Notes under the pieces: generated by a model
Database searches by the model: none
What the model was told of the DNA's origin: nothing
The model's input: only the letters and a program-made list of their open reading frames with translations
Translations under genes and position numbers: made by a program
From: Thermodesulfobacteriota bacterium
GTDB lineage: Bacteria; Desulfobacterota; Desulfobacteria; Desulfobacterales; UBA11574
Direction: 5' to 3'
NCBI GenBank assembly: GCA_034658755.1
Contig: JAYEFV010000257.1
Location: 1 to 36,252, forward strand
Length of the DNA stretch: 36,252 nucleotides
Part shown: piece after piece, positions 25,919 to 33,450 of the stretch
Numbering within the stretch: position 1 is the stretch's first letter
Layout: the number at the start of each line of letters is the position of its first letter

Positions 25919-27067
25919 ATGGAACCGCTTTCAGAACAAAAATGTGTTATGATCATTGCGGGCGAAGCTTCTGGTGACCTTCACGGGTCACGCCTTGTAA
26001 CCGCCATGCGCAAAAGAGACAATGCCCTGTTTTTCTGCGGCATTGGCGGACAGGCCCTTAAAGCTGCGGGAGCCAAAGTTTTAGTTGATGCTTCAGAGCT
26101 TTCGGTTGTGGGGATAACCGAAGCCTTTTCCAAGATACCCAATCTGCTCAAAGGGATGGCTGTTGCCAAAAAGACTCTTAAAAGACTCCTTCCCGATCTT
26201 TTGATACTGATCGATTTTCCCGATTTTAACCTTCATGTGGCAGCCTTGGCCAAAAAGCTTGGAATACCGGTGTTATATTATATCAGCCCACAGATTTGGG
26301 CATGGAGACCCGGCCGTGTGAAGAAGATCGGGAAGCTTGTGGATCATATGGCGGTTATCTTGCCTTTTGAAGAAGACTTCTATAAAAAACATGAAATTCC
26401 GGTAACATTTGTGGGACATCCTTTACTTGATACAAATTTTGATTATGGTAAAAAGGCTTTTGAAAATCCTGATAATGATATCTCTGTCATAGGCCTTTTA
26501 CCAGGATCCCGCGATCGGGAAATTACAAGGCACCTTCCTATAATGCTTGGTGCCGCCCAAATTTTACTCAAAAGGATTAAGAACGTAAAATTTATCATTT
26601 CACTTGCACCTGACGTGAAAAGAAAGTACGTGGAAGAAATCGTCAACAAACACAAGGGTGCTGCCGATCTTGAGATTGTATCCGGAAATGTAAAAAAAAT
26701 CTTTGAAAGAAGCAGATTTGTCGTTGCCGTATCCGGCACGGTTACTCTTGAATCCGCAATTTCCGGAACACCGATGGTAATTATTTATAAAGTGTCTCCC
26801 ATAAGCTACTGGCTTGGCAGGACAATGATACAGGTCAAACACATCGGCCTGGTCAACCTTATTACCGGCAAAAAAATTGTCCCGGAATTGCTTCAGAACC
26901 AAGCATCTCCTATCAGGATAGCAGACACGGTCTTCAATATGTTAGGTGATGCTTCCGGCCTTGAAAGGTTAAGACACGAACTGCTGCAAGTAAAAGATGA
27001 ACTCGGCGGTCCGGGTGCTTCTCAACGCGTTGCCGATATAGCAGTTGGAATGTTGTATGATGCATGA
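25919..27067 (+). CDS. lpxB: lipid-A-disaccharide synthase
   Basis: About 382 aa from the ATG at 25919 (the track ORF starts upstream, overlapping the previous gene). AGEASGDLHG and GLLPGSR motifs are typical of LpxB. Confidence 0.9.
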   Translation: MEPLSEQKCVMIIAGEASGDLHGSRLVTAMRKRDNALFFCGIGGQALKAAGAKVLVDASELSVVGITEAFSKIPNLLKGMAVAKKTLKRLLPDLLILIDFPDFNLHVAALAKKLGIPVLYYISPQIWAWRPGRVKKIGKLVDHMAVILPFEEDFYKKHEIPVTFVGHPLLDTNFDYGKKAFENPDNDISVIGLLPGSRDREITRHLPIMLGAAQILLKRIKNVKFIISLAPDVKRKYVEEIVNKHKGAADLEIVSGNVKKIFERSRFVVAVSGTVTLESAISGTPMVIIYKVSPISYWLGRTMIQVKHIGLVNLITGKKIVPELLQNQASPIRIADTVFNMLGDASGLERLRHELLQVKDELGGPGASQRVADIAVGMLYDA

Positions 27068-27098
27068 TAAAGATGCAAATGGACATTTCTGATGCCAG

Positions 27099-27234
27099 CC
27101 TCTGGCTCGTAGACCTTACGGCTCGGAGAGCCAGGTCAAAGTTATCCGGCTCTGCCTGAAGAAACGCCGTAAGAGTTTGAAGTGAACTAAAGCCTGCCCT
27201 GGCCTCCGGCTCGTAGAGCCTACGCCTCGGAGAG
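27099..27234 (+). repeat. two copies of the cctcYggctcgtaRa..ctacgSctcggagag imperfect-palindrome module
   Basis: Copies at 27099-27130 and 27203-27234 are related to 8244-8282. Each can form a stem (ctccg...cgtag / ctacg...cggag) with an internal mismatch block. Confidence 0.75.
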
Positions 27235-27377
27235 TGCGATTCGGCTATGTGTATTCAGTATATGCTATGTGTCATGCCGGGCCTAACTTATGATTATAAA
27301 GTACTGGTGATCGGTCTGGGCCAGGGTTAAGGAATTTTGTCAATTATATAAAATCAGCGGAGCGCAGCGACTCCATA

Positions 27378-27410
27378 ACCCCGGAGGAATAGGCTCCGCA
27401 TTCCACAGGG
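27378..27410 (-). repeat. GNA-capped hairpin module, inverted copy of 5531-5563
   Basis: The reverse complement ccctgtggaatgcggagcctattcctccggggt matches ccccgtgaaatgcgaagcctatttctctggggt at 28/33 positions. All five differences are compatible with the same fold. Confidence 0.8.
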
Positions 27411-27444
27411 TAAACTTTAGGCACTTTAGGTCACTTATCACTTT

Positions 27445-27525
27445 TAACTTGATAGTATAGGAATTTCCTTTTTTAGAGCGGCGAAGCCGCGTTATATAGA
27501 ATCGCGAAGCGATTGTATAACTTGT
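27445..27525 (+). repeat. 81-bp structured repeat, copy 1 (upstream of msbA)
   Basis: 77/81 identical to 30714-30794 in the same orientation. Contains TTGATA, GGAATTTCC and two stem-loops with GCGAAGC apices (27478-27490 and 27495-27519). Confidence 0.9.
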
Positions 27526-27652
27526 CCGGTTTGTAGGATAACAGACCTTTGCAGGGTCAAACCAAAGCCTGGTCCTATGGATCATGATTTTTTACACAAT
27601 GTTTTTGTCCAAAAAATAGCGCGATTTTTAACGAAATGTCGAGATGTGAAGT

Positions 27653-29473
27653 TTGAATATCATGAAAATATTATCAGAACCGATCATAAAAGACAGATAC
27701 AGACGTTTGCTGTTGCTTATAAAGGATCAATGGCCCAGACTGTTTTTATCAATGATATGCATGTTGGTGATAGCCGGTGCGAGGTCATCTATTCCTTTTT
27801 TAATAAAACCGGTTGTCGATGATATTTTTATAAATAAAGATATGGGGATGCTTAAGCTGATTCCCTTGGCAGTAATAACTATTTATTTAGTGCTCGGTTT
27901 TGCGATGTATTACCAAGAATATCTTATGAGTTATGTGGGGCAGAATATCATCAGGCGCCTTAGAAACCGTCTTTATGATCGCATTCAGGACCTTCCTATT
28001 TCTTTTTTTCAAAGAGAAAAGACAGGAGTTCTGATGTCGCGGGTTACAAATGATGTAAGCATTGTTAAGCATATGGTTTCTTCTGCAGTTACCGGATCAT
28101 TGAAAGATTTTTTTACAGTTATAGGATTGATATTTGTCATCTTCTATCGAGATTGGAAGATGGCCATGATAGCTCTTGTTGTTTTACCCTTTGCTTTCTT
28201 TCCCATTGTTGTGCTGGGAAGAAAAGTGCGGAAGGTCACTACCCGTATGCAGGAGGCCATGGGAGACCTTACATCTACTTTGCATGAAACTTTTGCCGGA
28301 AATAAAATTGTAAAGGCATTTGGAATGGAATCGTATGAAAAAGAACGATTTTTTAGAAAAACTCGTAAACTTTTCAAGTTTGAGCTAAAGACGGTTCGCT
28401 TCAAAGCCTTGTCTTCACCGCTCATGGAGTTTTTGGGCGGATTGGGTATAGCCATGGTCATTTGGTACGGCGGTTACAAAGTAATATCCGGCACCTCCAC
28501 AGCCGGAACCTTCTTTTCTTTCATGGCTGCCGTCATTATGCTTTACGCGCCATTAAAGAAATTAAGCAAACTCAATAATATTATACAGCAAGGTCTTGCC
28601 GGTGCGGACCGGGTATTTGATATCCTGGAGTCGGAGTCTGATATTCAAGAGATACCAAACCCTGTTATATTTAAGCGCGGCCCTCACCACGTTATTTTTA
28701 AAAATGTGTATTTCAAATATGATGACGTAATGGTATTAAAAAACATTAACCTGGATGTCAGGGCCGGGGAAATCCTTGCGGTCGTTGGAATGAGTGGCGG
28801 CGGAAAAACCTCTTTAGTTAACCTTATTCCCAGATTTTATGATGTAAGCAAGGGGGTTATACTCATTGATGATATTGATATTAGAGAGGCCTCAATATCT
28901 TCACTCAGGGACCAGATTGCCATTGTCACTCAGGAACCCATACTTTTTAATGATACTGTTCGGAACAATATCGCTTACGGAAAACAAAATGCGTCTGACA
29001 AAGACATGGACAATGCTGCTCGGGCAGCTTATGCATACGATTTTATACAGGAATTCCCAGACGGCTTTGATACAAATATTGGAGAACTTGGCGGGCGTTT
29101 ATCCGGAGGGGAGAAACAGAGAATCTGTATCGCTCGTGCGTTATTAAAGGATGCGCCCATTTTAATACTGGATGAGGCCACGTCTTCACTCGATGCAGAA
29201 TCGGAAACACTGGTTCAAAAAGCTCTGGAGAACCTGATGAAGGGAAGATCAACCTTTGTTATTGCGCACAGGCTTTCAACCGTTGCTTATGCCGACCGGA
29301 TAGTCGTTATCGGTGACGGCCGAATCGCAGAAGAGGGGAAACATGAAGAACTGATGGCTCGACGAGGAGAATATTTTAAACTTTACCAAATGCAATTCAG
29401 TAACAGCAGTTCAAAACAAGCTCCAGTAGAATTCACCGTAAGAAAACATGCCGGCAAGTCTTTTTCGATATAA
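27653..29473 (+). CDS. msbA: lipid A / LPS flippase-type ABC exporter (MsbA-like, TMD-NBD fusion)
   Basis: 606 aa from the TTG at 27653; the ATG at 27662 is an equally plausible start. Six-TM exporter domain, Walker A GMSGGGKTS, signature LSGGEKQR, Walker B ILILDEATS. Confidence 0.85.
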   Translation: MNIMKILSEPIIKDRYRRLLLLIKDQWPRLFLSMICMLVIAGARSSIPFLIKPVVDDIFINKDMGMLKLIPLAVITIYLVLGFAMYYQEYLMSYVGQNIIRRLRNRLYDRIQDLPISFFQREKTGVLMSRVTNDVSIVKHMVSSAVTGSLKDFFTVIGLIFVIFYRDWKMAMIALVVLPFAFFPIVVLGRKVRKVTTRMQEAMGDLTSTLHETFAGNKIVKAFGMESYEKERFFRKTRKLFKFELKTVRFKALSSPLMEFLGGLGIAMVIWYGGYKVISGTSTAGTFFSFMAAVIMLYAPLKKLSKLNNIIQQGLAGADRVFDILESESDIQEIPNPVIFKRGPHHVIFKNVYFKYDDVMVLKNINLDVRAGEILAVVGMSGGGKTSLVNLIPRFYDVSKGVILIDDIDIREASISSLRDQIAIVTQEPILFNDTVRNNIAYGKQNASDKDMDNAARAAYAYDFIQEFPDGFDTNIGELGGRLSGGEKQRICIARALLKDAPILILDEATSSLDAESETLVQKALENLMKGRSTFVIAHRLSTVAYADRIVVIGDGRIAEEGKHEELMARRGEYFKLYQMQFSNSSSKQAPVEFTVRKHAGKSFSI

Positions 29474-29518
29474 TTATGCAATGTGTCATAATCGCAAACA
29501 AGCTTTCCTAAAATATTT

Positions 29519-30703
29519 ATGAAAATCAGTTCCATTATATATAGATATGTGTTCAAAGAGATGATCCCCCCTTTTTTCATCAATCTAATTTTTTTTACTT
29601 TTGTCTTTTTGATGGTAGAGATGCTTAAAGTTACAAACATGGTTGTAAATTACAGTGTTGGTGTGATCACTGTCCTTATAATGCTTGCTTATTCTACTCC
29701 GTATTTCCTCACTTATATAATACCCATGTCTGTCATGATAGCGGTTCTTCTTACGTTCCTTCGATTGTCCGGAGACAATGAGATTGTTGCACTAAAAACC
29801 AGCGGCATGAGCACCTACGGGCTGCTCCCGCCGGCAATGTTGTTTTGTCTATTGGGGTGTCTGCTTACACTTTTTATGACACTTTATGGAATGCCGTGGG
29901 GAAGACTATCCTTTAAAGAACTGACATACAAGGTGGTTTCATCCAATCTCGAAATCGGACTTAAGGACAGGATATTCAATGACAGTTTTGAAGACGTGGT
30001 ACTTTACGTGCATAAAATAGATTCTAAAAGTAAAGAACTTCAAGATATTTTCATTGAAGACAAAAGGACTCAAAATATTGTCAGCACCGTGGTGGCACCA
30101 AGGGGAAAACTATTCAGTGAACCCGACGAGTACGTTTATCATTTATTGCTTTACAACGGTGTCATATATCAAGTTAATGTTAAGAACAGATCGACAAATT
30201 ACATTGATTTTGAGACCTATGAGGTTCGGCTGGATATTAAACAGGCGGCTTCGAGATTAAAACAAGGGACCAAACACAGAAAGGAGATGAGTCTTGTTGA
30301 ATTGCGGAATTATTTGAAAAATAGTACCCGGAGAGACAATAAATATTATAATGCACTGTTGGAGTTACACAAAAAATTTTCAATTCCAATCGCATGTTTT
30401 GCCCTCGGCCTTCTTGCGGTTCCATTAGGCATACAGTCCGGGCCTACAAAAAAATCATTTGGCTTGGTGCTGGGTATGATTTTCTTTTTGATTTATTACC
30501 TGTTGTTAACTGCGGGGTTGGTTCTTGGTGAAACAGGCGCCTGTCCTCCGGTCATCGGAATGTGGGTCCCAAATATTGTGATGGGCAGTTTAGGATTGTA
30601 TCTGCTCGTTCAAACAGCCAATGAGCGTCAAATAAGGATCGGTCCTATTTCGAATCTGTTAAAAGGGATTAAGTCCCGTTTAGTCAGACGGGGAGGGGCT
30701 TAG
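29519..30703 (+). CDS. lptF: LPS export ABC permease, LptF/LptG (YjgP/YjgQ) family, LptF by position
   Basis: 394 aa. YjgP/YjgQ layout: three TMs, a periplasmic beta-jellyroll region, then three TMs. Followed by a paralogue. Confidence 0.75.
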   Translation: MKISSIIYRYVFKEMIPPFFINLIFFTFVFLMVEMLKVTNMVVNYSVGVITVLIMLAYSTPYFLTYIIPMSVMIAVLLTFLRLSGDNEIVALKTSGMSTYGLLPPAMLFCLLGCLLTLFMTLYGMPWGRLSFKELTYKVVSSNLEIGLKDRIFNDSFEDVVLYVHKIDSKSKELQDIFIEDKRTQNIVSTVVAPRGKLFSEPDEYVYHLLLYNGVIYQVNVKNRSTNYIDFETYEVRLDIKQAASRLKQGTKHRKEMSLVELRNYLKNSTRRDNKYYNALLELHKKFSIPIACFALGLLAVPLGIQSGPTKKSFGLVLGMIFFLIYYLLLTAGLVLGETGACPPVIGMWVPNIVMGSLGLYLLVQTANERQIRIGPISNLLKGIKSRLVRRGGA

Positions 30704-30713
30704 CCCAAATTTC

Positions 30714-30794
30714 TAACTTGACAGTATAGGAATTTCCTTTTTTAGAACGGCGAAGCCGCCTTATATAGAATCGCGAAGCGATTATATAACTTGT
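30714..30794 (+). repeat. 81-bp structured repeat, copy 2 (fills the lptF-lptG spacer)
   Basis: Same element as 27445-27525. Carries TTGACA and GCGAAGC apices at 30750-30756 and 30773-30779. Ends 7 nt before the lptG ATG. Confidence 0.9.
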
Positions 30795-30801
30795 TGATAA
30801 T

Positions 30802-31872
30802 ATGTCCTTAATCGAAAAATATCTGACCAAGGAGATTTTTAAATACTTTGGTATTGTTCTATTAACAGTGGTCGGAATATATTTAGCGGTAGATTTTTTT
30901 CAAAGGATAGATAATTTTTTAGAAGCAAATCTTCCATTTTCGAAAATTATAAGCTTTTATCAGCTTAAGATACCGTTGATAATTGCACAAATAGCGCCGG
31001 TTGGCATTCTTCTGGCGGTTATTATTGTTTTTGGTCTGATGAACAAGAACAATGAGATTGTCGCTTTAAAAAGCAGCGGTGTAAGTATCTTCTACCTTTT
31101 AGGGCCGGTTGTATTGATAGGGTTATTATTAAGCACCCTCATTTTTTTATTATCAGAGATGGTTGTGCCGATTACCATAAGCAAGGCCAACAGAATCTGG
31201 AATGTGGAGGTTAAGAAAAAATCTGCCGTTATATCTAAGGGGAAGAATATATGGATCAAGGGTAACCGTGTCATATGCCACATTACATATTACAATCCGG
31301 CAGACAGTACTATTTTAGGGGTTGCCCTTAATTTTTTTGATAATGACTTCAAGTTAACCCGGAGGATTGATGCTAAAAAGGGTGTCTTCAAAAACGGAAA
31401 ATGGATTTTCTATGAAATTATGGAGCAAAAGCTTGATAAAGAAAGTAACCATTACCGGGTAACATTCTTTGAGGAACGGGAGGAGCCCTTCTATTTCTTG
31501 CCTGAGGATATAAAGAGGGTAGTCAAAAAATCGGAGGAAATGGGTTTCCTGGAGCTGTTTACATATATTAAAAATATTGAAAAAGAAGGGTACGATGCCT
31601 CTGTTTATAAAGTAGATCTGTATGCAAAGCTGGCATTTCCTTTTGTCAGTTTCATTATGTGTCTGGCCGGGACAGGCATTTCGAGTAAAAATAAACTTAA
31701 GGAAAGCCTTTCCGTTAGCATATTCTACGGTATTTGTATGGCATTTTTTTACTGGATATTCTACAGTTTTTGCCTATCACTTGGATATGGAGAAATGCTT
31801 CCTCCTTTCATGGCTGCTTGGGCTGCTAACGTTGTTTTTCTCTGTTTTGCTATGCTTGTTTTACTGAAATGA
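30802..31872 (+). CDS. lptG: LPS export ABC permease, LptF/LptG (YjgP/YjgQ) family, LptG by position
   Basis: 356 aa with the same topology as the preceding gene. The stop overlaps the next gene's start (ATGA). Confidence 0.75.
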   Translation: MSLIEKYLTKEIFKYFGIVLLTVVGIYLAVDFFQRIDNFLEANLPFSKIISFYQLKIPLIIAQIAPVGILLAVIIVFGLMNKNNEIVALKSSGVSIFYLLGPVVLIGLLLSTLIFLLSEMVVPITISKANRIWNVEVKKKSAVISKGKNIWIKGNRVICHITYYNPADSTILGVALNFFDNDFKLTRRIDAKKGVFKNGKWIFYEIMEQKLDKESNHYRVTFFEEREEPFYFLPEDIKRVVKKSEEMGFLELFTYIKNIEKEGYDASVYKVDLYAKLAFPFVSFIMCLAGTGISSKNKLKESLSVSIFYGICMAFFYWIFYSFCLSLGYGEMLPPFMAAWAANVVFLCFAMLVLLK

Positions 31873-32549
31873 TGAATTTAGAATCTCTAAAACTCTCCAG
31901 TCTGCCCGAAAACCATTGTGGAATTCTAAGGCATTCGTCCAACACAAGACCTGTTATCTGGGTAATAGAAGAAAACGGTGCAAGGGCCGTTGTAAAAGAT
32001 TTCAGCACCAGTAAGTTTTTTTACCGAAATATAATCGGGCGATTCCTCATATGGCGTGAACACAAGGCTTATAAAAAATTGCAGGGTCTTAAGGGCATTC
32101 CGGTTTGCTATGGTGTTATTGATGGGCTCGCTCTGGCGCTTGAAGAGATACCCAGCCAACCTTTGAAAAAGCAGAATAAGAATATTAAGCTATCTGGAAC
32201 TTTTTTTGATGATCTAAAAAACATCGTTGACAGTTTCCACAGACGGGGCCTTGCGCACAGTGATTTAAAAAATGGAGCCAATGTCTTGGTGGGATATAAC
32301 GGTCTACCTTACATCGTGGACTGGAGCGCTTCCATATCCGAAAAGGAATGCAGATTTTTTCCGATGAATCGCATCTATCTTAGATTTGTTTTGGATGATT
32401 ACTTTGCCATTATCAAATTGAAAATGCGGTATGTACCTGAAACCTTGACCCCTGAAGAAAAAAGAAAGTATGCGCAACGGAGCCATTTAGAAAGAGGTGT
32501 CAGGGGTATCAGAGATAGATTGCGCAAAATCTTTAAGAAGATTGTGTGA
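31869..32549 (+). CDS. small protein-kinase-like enzyme of the LPS kinase (Kdo/WaaP/RIO-like) type
   Basis: 226 aa. ATP-lysine context AVVKDF, catalytic loop LAHSDLKNGANVLV (HxDLKxxN) and metal-binding Asp in YIVDWS. Translationally coupled to lptG. Confidence 0.65.
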   Translation: MMNLESLKLSSLPENHCGILRHSSNTRPVIWVIEENGARAVVKDFSTSKFFYRNIIGRFLIWREHKAYKKLQGLKGIPVCYGVIDGLALALEEIPSQPLKKQNKNIKLSGTFFDDLKNIVDSFHRRGLAHSDLKNGANVLVGYNGLPYIVDWSASISEKECRFFPMNRIYLRFVLDDYFAIIKLKMRYVPETLTPEEKRKYAQRSHLERGVRGIRDRLRKIFKKIV

Positions 32550-32647
32550 GAATTGGCTATAAAATTCATAAACTTGTTAGTTTGAGGCAGAGCTTTGATG
32601 GTCGGTGATGTTTTGATTTGGTTCCCATTATCTTTAAGGGAGGTAAA

Positions 32648-33238
32648 ATGGTCAATAATGTAGTGGACCGGATCCATGAGATTTTCAACAACAAAAGACT
32701 CAGGTATGTTGTATTAAAATTACGGTATCCGATTTGCGTGATTGCCGTCATAATTTTGATTCTGAACATAAACCCTGATTGGTTTCCGGTTGGATTTACA
32801 GTGGCTCTCTTCGGTGAATTGATCCAACTTTGGTGCTTCGCGTCTTTGGATAAAAATAGAATGCTTGCTGTTAAAGGGCCTTATATGTTGATGAGAAATC
32901 CGATGTACATCGGCCGCTTCTTTTTGTTGCTGGGTGTTTTGCTCCTTGCGGGCAATGCATGGATAATCCTTATTTTTATCGTGGTTTATTATTTTTATAT
33001 GGTCAATCGTGTGAAACGAGAAGAAGCTAAGTTACAGCCATTGTTTGGAGATTCATATAGAAAATATTGCCAAAAAGTAAACCGATTTATGCCATCCCTT
33101 AAAGGCGTTGATTGGGGATCATTATGCTTTTTCAAATGGAACCTTCTTTTGAAAAACAACGGGCACTGGAATTTGATAGCCATGCTCGTTTGTTTCTTTA
33201 TATTTTATTTTTTTACCTTTATCTATTCTACTTCTTGA
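32648..33238 (+). CDS. ICMT/PEMT-family membrane methyltransferase (LmtA-like candidate)
   Basis: The ATG at 32648 is preceded by GGGAGG (the track ORF starts at an upstream TTG). Polytopic. Family motifs GPYMLMRNPMYIG and REEAKLQPLFGDSYRKY..KV.RFMP. Confidence 0.7.
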   Translation: MVNNVVDRIHEIFNNKRLRYVVLKLRYPICVIAVIILILNINPDWFPVGFTVALFGELIQLWCFASLDKNRMLAVKGPYMLMRNPMYIGRFFLLLGVLLLAGNAWIILIFIVVYYFYMVNRVKREEAKLQPLFGDSYRKYCQKVNRFMPSLKGVDWGSLCFFKWNLLLKNNGHWNLIAMLVCFFIFYFFTFIYSTS

Positions 33239-33273
33239 GATTCTTAGCAGGACAAACCGGAACCAAAAATATT

Positions 33274-33376
33274 TGCCACAAAGGCGCTAAGACACCCTCC
33301 GGGGCGTAGGCCCTATGGGCCGGAGGCAAAGGATATATTTATTATTCTTTCTTCGTGTCTTGGTGCCTTAGTGGCA
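33274..33376. repeat. MITE-like long hairpin: 22-bp imperfect inverted arms around a ccctccggggcgtaggccc core
   Basis: The left arm tgccacaaaggcgctaagacac (33274-33295) pairs with the reverse complement of 33355-33376 (tgccactaaggcaccaagacac). The core 33296-33326 belongs to the same family as 5584-5617 and 8195-8215. Confidence 0.7.
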
Positions 33377-33450
33377 GAATGGAAAAAGTTTTGCCAAAAA
33401 ATCCACAATTAAGCTACTAAACATCCTGTGCCAACCGGGATAGAGACAAA

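Noticed and set aside
27340-27822. ORFs 27340-27585 (minus) and 27577-27822 (plus) in the lpxB-msbA spacer.
   Set aside because: The first is made of repeat modules, including the 81-bp element. The second overlaps the well-supported msbA N-terminus out of frame. Neither has an RBS or recognisable motifs.
5542-30779. Apparent enrichment of the heptamer GCGAAGC / GCGGAGC (5542, 27357, 27393 reverse, 27481, 27504, 30750, 30773).
   Set aside because: It is not claimed as a statistical enrichment. A given 7-mer is expected a few times in 72 kb of two-strand sequence, and I did not scan coding regions exhaustively. The point retained in the findings is only that each of these occurrences sits at the apex of an extended stem inside a repeat.
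27445-30794. The 81-bp repeat pair considered as integron attC sites, a DGR template/variable repeat pair or a CRISPR-like array.
   Set aside because: There are no RYYYAAC/GTTRRRY cores in the right positions and no integrase. The four mismatches are t/c, g/a, g/c and g/a, so they are not adenine-specific, and there is no reverse transcriptase. There are only two copies 3.2 kb apart with genes between them, so this is not an array.
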